A stretch of DNA of 61,866 nucleotides, counting the filler, from Choristocarpus tenellus KU-1152 (lineage: Eukaryota; Protista; Phaeophyceae): NCBI GenBank assembly GCA_964200185.2. It is 10 parts of 10 records of this genome, joined end to end, with 100 filler letters (N's around TTAATTAATTAA, not from the genome) between each part and the next. Parts side by side here need not be neighbours in the genome. Positions count along the whole stretch, not along the records: positions 48,187 to 54,283 come from CAXNAD020008944.1; positions 54,384 to 58,324 come from CAXNAD020017023.1; positions 58,425 to 61,866 come from CAXNAD020019997.1; 7 more parts are not named here. The stretch is one strand, 5' to 3'. How positions within the stretch are numbered: the stretch's first letter is position 1; each line of letters opens with the position of its first letter. Positions 52,132-61,866 of the stretch are shown one piece after another. Position numbers and translations under genes: made by a program. Under the pieces are notes generated by a model. The model searched no databases and had not been told where the DNA came from. It was given only the letters and a program-made list of their open reading frames with translations.

Positions 52132-54013
52132 ATGGCGCCACATCACCTCTGGTCCCATTGTTCGGTGGTATTGTGGTATTATTACTGTCACTCATGAATG
52201 TCTTGGGCCAAGAAGATGCAATGCCGAACTGCTAGGTCTCTCATGAATGATAAAAACCAATGATAGGATATAGAGACAATAGAAGGGCAAAAATACAAAA
52301 CAAGTAGCTCCTACCACAGTAATATTTTCTCCTTGTGACTTGAAGTTGTACATTTAGTATTTACTGCAGTGTTCATAAATACCATATATTGGTGATTACA
52401 GCTCCACTTTGCAAGCAACAAGAACAACCCCTCTCCCCCCCACAGACCTGTATTATTCAAAGAAACAAAGCATCAAATACAGGGCCTACCTAAGCTGGAG
52501 TTGTTTCAGGTCCATAATGCCTCCACCGTTCACCTCACTACACTGTGTCCTGGACACTCAGTAGTTCTCCTCTGGCACTATGACAATTAAACCATCCAAA
52601 TGCCTTATAACAACCAAAACACCAACCACCTTCAATATACAAAAACTGTTGTGAAAACTGTCGTGGGCATCACCCACCTCTTCCTAAACCTCTTGTGGTA
52701 CTAGATATCAACACTATGCATGCAGGGCAGTCATTCCAGGAGGTTCCAAAGATAACACTAACTAATGACATTCCACCTTACAACTCGGGAGGACAGGGAG
52801 GACATCCCAACGGTGTTGTCTCTTCAAAATCAGAAAATCAGTGCACCCGAACTGAACATATTGGCATGTTCTTTGACCTTACACGCAACATACAGTATGT
52901 GAGGTTGGTGACCAACTCAACCCCTGCCCAAGCAGGCAAGGGGGAGAAGCACGTGCTCATCGGCAGTAGGGCATGCACTTCAACCTTTTTTCCCTTCCCC
53001 TCCCCTCCAATAAGCTGGTCTCAAATCTCAAGCAAGTCTTCAAGGTTGTACACGCACTGCTATGTACTCTCCTCTACAGTATGCAGCAGGCCTTCTTCAT
53101 AGCATGGACAATCACTCCTCGTTTGAACCTGAATTAATTCAAGAACAAGTTGTAGACAAGTGGGTCATATGCTCAACATAAAATGGACGTATCACTTCAC
53201 TGAACACTTGGCACATTCTAAATAAAACAGTGCCAAAACTTCTACTTCAAATGGCACTCAGATGACAGGATTGTGTGTGTAGAAGGTGGAGGGTATTTGA
53301 TCAATGATTTGTCTCATGACCTCAAGGTACTTAGAAGTGACCTTGAAGAACAATAATACTCTTTAGGAACAATGTAACCAAGGTCAACCTACATAAAGAT
53401 CCACGAATTCGCCGGCTGTCTTGACTACATAATAACCCCAGCCCTAACCCAAAGATGTCTTTACAGTTTGTGTTACCTTGACTATGCAAGTAGAAGCTGA
53501 TCAAGGGATACACCAAACCCTCCACCTGTTCCTTTGCAATCCATATTCATGGTATTCACAACCAAGGTAGCAGGGGGATTGGAGCTGAGCAGGCAAAATA
53601 TGCTATTGCTACTGTGAACTGTTTTTAAGGGTTCTCCAATGACATCCTCCACTTTGGAGGAGTTGAACTTTTAGACAACACATCATCACTCAACACATCT
53701 TGCTACACGGCATTGCTACAAAGCAGCTCAGAGATCATTTTTGGAGCAAAGCTCTTTTCAAGACTAATTCTAATTGAACATGAGGTCACTATCTACCTGA
53801 ACAGATAGTTACAAAGTTTCCAAGACTACAAATAAATTGTACTCTGGTATAAGATAGACCTCCCCCTTACAACAACAAAGAGATAAGCTCACCTCCCAAT
53901 ACAACTTTTCATACCAATCAACGCCTACCTACATATATGAAACCTTCAAATACACCCAATACTCTCCGATACATCAAACGCAATCCGCTATCCCCTTCCA
54001 TAACAAAACTCAC

Positions 54014-54155
54014 CGGGATCATTTCTATTGCCTCCCAGAAGACTAGAAACAACCCTCATTGGGATCGAAAACACTATGCTCGCCAGGGAAAAGGCACCAC
54101 TAGCAGAGGAACCAACAGCATCGTTCATGGTTCCCACGGTACATCCAATCATAGC
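54014..54155 (-). CDS. Isolated probable internal exon, unknown protein
   Basis: gtgcag|AMIGCTVGTMNDAVGSSASGAFSLASIVFSIPMRVVSSLLGGNRNDP|gtgagt; only one frame is open. Confidence 0.35.
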
Positions 54156-55072
54156 CTGCACCCGCTCAGCATCAGAGGACAAGAGAGAGGGGAGAGTGGG
54201 GCAAGAGCACAAAATGACCCACAATGGCACCAAGATGCAGTAAGTAGAGGAGACACAATAAGGAGATTATCAAAGTATCTGGGNNNNNNNNNNNNNNNNN
54301 NNNNNNNNNNNNNNNNNNNNNNNNNNNTTAATTAATTAANNNNNNNNNNNNNNNNNNNNNNNNNNNNNNNNNNNNNNNNNNNNAGATACTTTAAGCATAC
54401 TGAAGGGTAGTGCAAGTTGTGGGCAGATAAGGTTAGGTGCAGGATGATAATAGGTTTATTTTTCTTTGGGACATCCCACATCCATTGATATAAATGAAGA
54501 GAGGTTCTATTGTGGAAATATTGTATTTCTGTGCCCTTGGCCGGAGTAGGGATTAATGTATATTATGAAGATTTACAGGATATATATTTGCTGATCAGCA
54601 TTTCCTTAGGATGGTGCGAAGGGGATTGGATGCCGTCAGTGCTCGTCTTCTTGGTTGCAAGTCCAAATATGTGCAGGAGTGCTACTTCAGCCCATATTTT
54701 GGCACAGGATCCATTTTTGAACATCGGAACCAGCTATGCCACCATTCTACTTTCATGCTTGCACAATCGCCTAACACTGTAAGGCACTACTGTTATATTC
54801 ATCAATGCCTTTGCACCCAACTCACATTGGAAATACCCATTTCAGGTTATCAGAAAGCATTGCAAGGCTATTGATAAAGTTCAGAGGATTCATGCAGAGC
54901 GTGCCAAGACTGCTGATCAAGGAGCTCATGCCAAGCCTCTCCTGTGCACGATAGCTGTAGTATTGAGGATACAGCAGTTGCATGAGAGGGTAGAAGCGGG
55001 AAAAGCACTCAAGGCCAGAATTAGGTTAGATCTTGCCAAAAAGAGTTCAAGCTTGCTTTAGTACCTCCATCA

Positions 55073-55249
55073 GACCCAAAGTATCTGGGGGGGGGGTCTA
55101 CACCAGGGTGTTGTTCATTTGGCCCATAACCAGGAAAAGTGCACTTACATTATCCATCCGATGTATGCAACCAAATCATCCAAAAATCGCGACATGGAAA
55201 AAATTGGCCCCAAATGGACAGCCGCCACCCCCCCCAAATACTTTGAGTC
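55073..55249 (+). mobile_element. 177-bp MITE with family B poly-G TIRs
   Basis: GACCCAAAGTATCTGGGGGGGG...CCCCCCCCAAATACTTTGAGTC. Interior aaaatcgcgacatgg..ttggccccaaatggac resembles family A. Confidence 0.82.
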
Positions 55250-56157
55250 TCACAACTATTTCCTGTACCTTGAAATATATATGTCAGCTTTGTTCATTTC
55301 CTGGGTGAATTTCTTCATCAAATTCCGACTAATAGTAGTGTTTCAAGGTGAGTTGACTCAACAAGGGCAACCTGTGGAAATTGTGCTGGCAGAGTACATT
55401 ATTCTGTGCCACGGATGTTCTCATAAGTAGAGAGGTAAAGAAAATACTCTTCCGCACTGTACTGTATCTTTTCCTTGTGCATGGTCGCTTTCATATCTCT
55501 GCCAATGACCATGTACAGGTTTTCCAGTGAGTATTACCTTTTCTGGAAGAGTCAAAATTAACTGTCCTTTTGTACTGTCATGCATTTTCGATTTGATGTA
55601 TCCCGTGTATGGTTACCTCAGATTTCAAGGTGGGTGACACACCCTGATCCATTTCCTCACTCATTGCTAGTACAACAAGAACAGTATGGCAAAGGGATAA
55701 ATATAAGTATTTGGGGTGATTTCTGATTGTTCGTGCACTGCTCTTTGGGAATATGAGGACATGAACCTGTTAGACCTAAATCAAAGTAACCTATTCATAA
55801 ATAATTTAAATATCAGATCTACCATCCTTCCATATTCATGATATTTAACGATCAAACGGGCTTGGCAATCTCAAATTAACTCCATTGCAATCCCTGTGTG
55901 ACTAACCGTTATGAAGGAAAAATCTCGAAGAAGCTTCTGCCACAAAGATCCAAAGCCATTGGCGTCAACTGCAAAATGTATGTATACATACAAGTTCCTC
56001 AGCATGATCAATGCAACTAAGCAGACCCTACCCACCTGACCCGGTTCATCAAATCTGTCAATGGTCTAAAAGGATTTCAGTATAAGTTCTTGACTGAAAG
56101 GTTGTAGTGATCTTGCTGATCATCAACTCCTGCATAGCATAGTCCATAGTCACACTG

Positions 56158-56421
56158 GAGAGAAAGTATCTTAGAGGGTAGAGCCGCGTCCGTTTGGGGG
56201 CTAAAATCCAATGTTGCGATTTTGATGTAATCTCGGCCATTATGTTTGTTAGGAAGTGTCAATATCCTTGTTCCAGACACACCTTTTCATAGCGTATGAA
56301 TTTCAGCTACTCCAAAACGTTTTGGAGTAGGTAAAATGTCATAAAAGAACCCATGGGAAGCCAAGCTCCAAACGGACAAACAGGGCAAAACTCGTACCCT
56401 AACCCTAAGATACTTTCACTC
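56158..56421 (-). mobile_element. MITE family A, full-length copy with 4-bp TSD ACTG
   Basis: actg|GAGAGAAAGTATCTTAGAGGGTA...CCTAAGATACTTTCACTC|actg. Confidence 0.9.
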
Positions 56422-58424
56422 ACTGTCAAATGATGATATTCTCCTTCAAGTAGAAGGAACTGAGATCTGATACACAAATTGCTTCTAATTGAAACATACT
56501 CCATCCGCAACGATTGTCCTGACCTTAGGAGCTCGGGAGGACTCAGATATAGCTGCATCCATTACATGACATAGTTGAAAAAGGCAAGGGAAATTATTGT
56601 TTTGCTATCTCCTGGAAACCTTACCTATTGCACCATACAGCAACTGAAGTTTCTACAGCTTGTGACCATACAACATATCTAATGGATTGGGGGGCCTCAT
56701 TGCAATACATGTGAAATAACACATAGAAAAAAACCTCAAGCTACCGGGAGAAACCGAGCGGCGATGGACCCACATCAAGCAGGGGGCTACACTCCAATAC
56801 ACTGCTCTCAAGCTATGGGAGTCTCAGCGATGAGCAAGAAGGGACAGTTAGGCGCAACTCACAGGTGAATGATGCAAAGTTCTTGTTTGATAAAGTGAAA
56901 ATATGAAAGACTGAGCAGGCACTGGAAGTTTTGTTGAAATCCTTGTCACAATTCAGATGTTGTGTACCATGCCTGCAAAGCGTGTCGTATCAGAACACCA
57001 ATATTTTGTCTTAAGGTTCCCTCAACACCCCCAGCCCCAGCTAGCTAATAAGGCAGTGTTCCAGGAAAGTATACACCATCGCGCCACGGCATTCAGGGTG
57101 ATGATAACATTTTTAGTTTGCAAACGAGCACGCATTCTAGCCCTGCTACTCTGGTGGCAAAGGGAGGAGGGTCATATTCGAAACGAGGCTCGACGGGAAT
57201 GGTATGACAGGTGAAACCCTCTGGCAAAGAGTTGACCAATGCTTCAATAAGAGCCCACTTGAAAGGGACAAAAATATGCTCTCTAGAAGTAGTTGAATAC
57301 TTGATTGATTAAAGCACACTATAGGAGATTGCAACAAGATCTCCTTGGATAATTTTTCCCTTCACTCTGTCCAATTGTTTATTGAGCATTTCTCCCCCTT
57401 TCCTCTCTCTCTATCTCATACTCCTTTTATGTTTCAAATATTTCTTCAAGACGACTAGCATGTTTGCAATTATGTCCCTCATTTGTGGATAGTTGGTATT
57501 TCAAAGTCGTATGCTAGTGATTTCCATCTTGCTTCCCTCTCCAGGCGCACTGCAACATTGGGCCCCCGTGCATTCCTGGCAAAAGTGCCTTGTACTGTAG
57601 TGTCCAAGGTGGCATGGATACCCAAGCTGGCTCAAAGGATTGAAGATAGACACCATGAGACTAACGCAAATCTGCAGAGGGGCTTCGAAAAGGCTAGTAT
57701 GACTTGAGAAAGCCCAAACCTTTTGCAAAAACTTCTACTGTGACTGCACACCTGAAGTTACAGTGGGGGGGGCATCCCCAGGAGACAGGTCCTCTGTTAT
57801 CCAAAATTCCTTCTTCCTCCCATGTCTATTCTTACTTGCACACAAGGCTCCTCCTTCAATTCATCTAAAAGATTCCTCTAACATTCCTTCATGGTCTCTT
57901 CCTTTTTCTACAATGCGAGAAGAGCATCACTCTTTGTAACAAATAGGTCGCCCTCCTGAACTTTTTTTTGTCCCTCACCTTCCCACAACATGTGGACAGC
58001 TCCGCCGATTTCAACTAGCACAAAAAAATCATCCAGGTCAGGGTGATCGTTGTGAGGCGGGAAGTGTCAACAGTTGTGGAAATAGTAGGCACCAGGGAGC
58101 ACCAAATCAATTGCTCGTGGAGGATAATGACTACAGGGATAGTGAGGCAGGTGTAATGGGATTGGGACCAAGGAATGATTTTTATGCGGACATTCATGAT
58201 AATTACAAGGAAAAGGGTGCACAAGCAAGGTTGCAGGACCGCTGTGCAGTTCTTATGGCTCTCCAGCACCAGGTTGGCCCCAGGTATTTTTTTTTTCCAA
58301 ATTGGATCAAAGTATCTGGGGGGGNNNNNNNNNNNNNNNNNNNNNNNNNNNNNNNNNNNNNNNNNNNNTTAATTAATTAANNNNNNNNNNNNNNNNNNNN
58401 NNNNNNNNNNNNNNNNNNNNNNNN

Positions 58425-58562
58425 CGTCCGCTTTGGTCAAACAACCTTTTTTTTTGCTGACATTTCAAATCCAACACGTGCGACCAAACAACACCAAAAA
58501 AGTGAAAATCGAAAAAAGGGTGAAAAACGAACGTCGACACCCCCCCCCAGATACTTTGACTC
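58425..58562 (-). mobile_element. MITE family B copy, truncated by contig start
   Basis: Start is the near reverse complement of 44243-44277; ends CCCCCCCCAGATACTTTGACTC. Confidence 0.8.
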
Positions 58563-59751
58563 TTAGATAGATTGTTGCTGCACTTGGAAGAGTCCTTCGA
58601 TTCTAGTGTATAGCCTAATATTTTGTATATTTAATATTGATAGTTGAAGGTACAAAAGCGCATATACTTGCAACAATACTGTTGGCATTATTTTACCAGT
58701 GCAATGCCAGGTCCATGAAATTTGTCATCATGAAATAATAGAGTCAAGATCATGCATCCATGTGCAATGCACTTTTTCAAAACCACCCTTGCGACTCTGC
58801 TGTGATTGACTCCTTCTATCCTGTCTATATGCTAACAAGATACAACAGTTCTGACCCCGACTTTCAACCCAACCTCAATCCTCATACCAAATTTGAAGCA
58901 TGTATAGAGCCACTTGCAACCAAGTTACTATGCAGTTACTGCTCCTCCCACAAGGCAAGTAGTGTGCATCATCTGGTTATCCAGAACCGCACGATCAATG
59001 ATACATACTTTGAAGTATCACCAGTGAGATGCACAAGGTTTTGAAGGGAAGGGACTGAAGCTGGGCTTATGGGTTACTTCACACACAGCTCCAACAGTCG
59101 AACTGTAGCATTGGTGCGACTCAATTCTGCTCCAGGTCCACTACTATATAGTACAAACTGGTCTGCGCAGAAGTGACCCCAATCCGTTTGGGTGTGCTCA
59201 AAAGATGAAAGGCGTATCTATATTACCACTTTTTTCACACATAATATGTGAACAGCCCAAGCATCAGCAGTACTCCACGTTAGATAATGGGTGAATCCTT
59301 TTCCTGAGGTGTGGTCTCCTCTATGGCATCAATCCAAACCTCGTTTTCATTATGATCTAATAGCAAGAAGGAAGAAGTTTCCAACAATGCACGGCAGCGT
59401 TCACTACCAAGTGAGTGTTTCAAATCTCAGTCAGAAATCCCTAGTGTATTACCCAGTAAGTTCATATATGCCTAACAGGTCGTGTGCAACAACCATCACT
59501 ACACATGCAAAATGAGGGATTAACAAGTATAGGGGAGGGTTGAGCGGCCAACTATACCTGTAGAATTATTTTATTGCAGCAGAGAGCAATCACGTAACCC
59601 CTCCCCCTTCTCCTTTCATCCAAGAAAGGGGCAAACAACTGCTGGAAATGGTCATAGAGAGGAAGTGAACATCACATTTCCACCGGCCTCATCTGTCCTG
59701 AACATCTTACATGGTAGGAGTATCTAGGTGATTTTTCGGAATGAATCTTGC

Positions 59752-60010
59752 GAATGAAAGTATCATAGAGGGTACGAGTTTTTCCCTGTTTGTCCATTTT
59801 GGACTTGGCTTCCCACGGGTTTTTAATGACATTTTACCTACTCCGAAATGTTTCGGAGTAGGTAAAATGTGTAAGTTATAAAAAGATGTATCCGGATCAA
59901 GGATATTGATATCTCCTAACAAACATGACAGGCAAAAATTCATCAAAATTGCAACATTGGATTTTGGCCCCCAAATGGACGCGGCTCTACCCTCTAAGAT
60001 ACTTTGCCTC
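59752..60010 (+). mobile_element. MITE family A, full-length copy with 4-bp TSD TTGC
   Basis: ttgc|GAATGAAAGTATCATAGAGGGTA...TACCCTCTAAGATACTTTGCCTC|ttgc. Confidence 0.9.
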
Positions 60011-61484
60011 TTGCCACTTACAGTGTTTTAAATCAAACTGTTTGATCAGTACTGGAAACCCTCGATGTATGTTATATAATGTTTTGATTAGAACTACAAG
60101 CAAGGGGACGTGAGCAGAGCGTGCAGAGTGCTTAGACCAGAAAAAATATCAAATCACATCCATCCCCTACATTTTTTATTCGACTGTACCTCTTCCATCA
60201 CAAAACAACAAGGTGCCAATGCGGCACACTGTCCCACCACAAACCGTACCAGGGGGATAAAAATCCCTTCCCCACCTCTCTCCCCCTGGAAAACACTATT
60301 GTATTCTTAGTGTTGTATGATAAAAAAAAACTGCTTTTGCATCGGCACATGAAAGTCTGAAGTCTGAGGCGAGTACACTCTGTGCCACCCTGTATGGGAA
60401 CCTATGGGAAGGGGTCAGGCTGTCGAATGTAGCACTTAACACACTCCAAGATGAAGGAGAGCTTGCTGATATATTAAAGCTTGGTCTGTGCACCCCATAA
60501 TATACGACATCGATAGTCCCATTGATCACTGACCTTCGTTTCCATTGTGCACAAGGCGTTACCTGCAAACTGAACTTGTGCACTTAAGCGTGGAAATAAG
60601 GTCTTGAACAGCCCTCCCTTCCCCCATCACACACAAGGCCTTCAGTGAATTTAATTAACCTGATCTGGAACCTTCTTATCATGTGTATGTATGCGTTCAT
60701 GTGATTCATGTGTTAAAGTATTTGTTCCTGGACGGCAACAGTGTGAACGCCTTGTGCTCCTTGTGCAGTCGACCAGTCGTGCAGTCGACCAGAGCTCGGA
60801 AATACGCTTGCCCCTGTCTGCAATAAGGTCAAGACGTAAATAAGTATGGAAAGAAATATATTAAAATTAATGGAACATGGAAAGGCGCATACTTCGAGGT
60901 AGACTAATTGTTTGCATCTACATATATTATAAGACTCAATGGGAGGTGTCGGGGCCTTCTGCACAGTCAGTGTTTGACACTTAGAGTCCCAGCACCACTA
61001 TAATACATTCCTCCCAAAATGCTTTGATGCTGATGGTCTTGTGTTGCAGGATTCTACTTTGAAATGTTGTGTGTTCTCCTTTTTAGCAGTAACGACTAAA
61101 GAATACCTCTCAGGTTCTCCAAGATACACGGAACGGACATTTCTTTTCACTGCGACAATACCTCATACCTCTAAGTATTATTTCACGCCAAATGCAGCAA
61201 CTAGTTCTTCTTATCACTGCCACAGCTCCTGATACTAAATCAAGTCTCCATCGAGTATATATGTGTGGCAGGAGGGGGCTTGGAATTTTCCAGTCTAACA
61301 CTTGGGATCTATTCTCCAGTATGAAGGCACCCATAGCAGTGCTTCCAGCTACATGTATTACTGCACCTATATCCAATATTGAACTCACCCAAACATGCAA
61401 ATGCTCGACAATACCAAAGGGACTTGTGACGCACCCTTACACACACGAAAAAACAGCTGTTTTCAATCATTCATTGGCGTTGGC

Positions 61485-61790
61485 CGCGAGAGAGAAAAAT
61501 GGATTTTGGACAGTGCGACTTCATGTCACATAAAAAATATGGTAAAATCCATGACAAATTATATGCCTTGCGTTGGAGACAAAGGGTAGTCACTGCCAGC
61601 CAAAATTCCTTTTGCATCGCTGGTCATGGTGATCTATCCATCTTCTTTCCGTCACGTGACAACAAGGAGGTAGAAATACTCCTTCAAAATGTCGCCTATG
61701 TCCCTGATCTTGGATTCAACCTTTTCTCTTGCAAAGCAGCAGCTGTCTGTGTAATGGAGAGGGTACCACGCTTACATTATTTTGTATAAG
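61485..61790 (+). mobile_element. Ty1/copia protease-region remnant
   Basis: REKWILDSATSCHI..., a frameshift, then IAGHGDL...LQNVAYVPDLGFNLFS (copia WxLDSG and VxYVPxLxxNLxS motifs). Confidence 0.82.
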
Positions 61791-61866
61791 TGCAACCAGA
61801 GAACTGAGACAGCAAGCCAAGGTTTTTGGTGGGGAACTCTTCATTCAGAGAAGCACAAAGATCATT

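Noticed and set aside
53074-53128. Possible terminal exon ending KKACCIL* (CaaX-like)
   Set aside because: I could not link it in phase to an upstream exon, so it may be chance.
56700-59500. Coding-like decayed stretches (also 28600-29230, 38500-39250, 54600-55030) as LINE or transposase relics, or as the autonomous Sola partner
   Set aside because: No diagnostic motif recognisable by eye; a translated homology search is needed.

Overview
Eukaryotic, intron-rich draft sequence. A stramenopile, possibly a brown alga, is inferred from gene style and scattered TTAGGG motifs, but is not proven. The window is not one locus: nine identical 100-bp artificial linkers (N44-TTAATTAATTAA-N44) join ten contigs, so adjacency across linkers cannot be trusted. 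Host genes read by manual splicing: a divergent Rab-like small GTPase (- strand) head-to-head with an uninterrupted 1244-codon FANCB-like ORF; an ankyrin-repeat exon; the 3' end of a UAA/SLC35B nucleotide-sugar transporter; the 5' half of a POT/PTR2 transporter with a probable GC-AG intron; two PAN3 exons; and an intact tRNA-Lys(CTT). Much of the rest is transposon debris: a decayed Ty1/copia element nested inside a decayed hAT transposase, a DD40D mariner-type remnant, a Ty3/gypsy remnant upstream of the tRNA, a copia protease fragment, and a recurrent MITE family with GAG...CTC ends and 4-bp TSDs (Sola-like) that sits at many contig breaks. I found no clearly new multi-gene system. The best leads are the Sola-like MITE family, the FANCB-like/Rab-like head-to-head pair and the non-canonical GTPase motifs.
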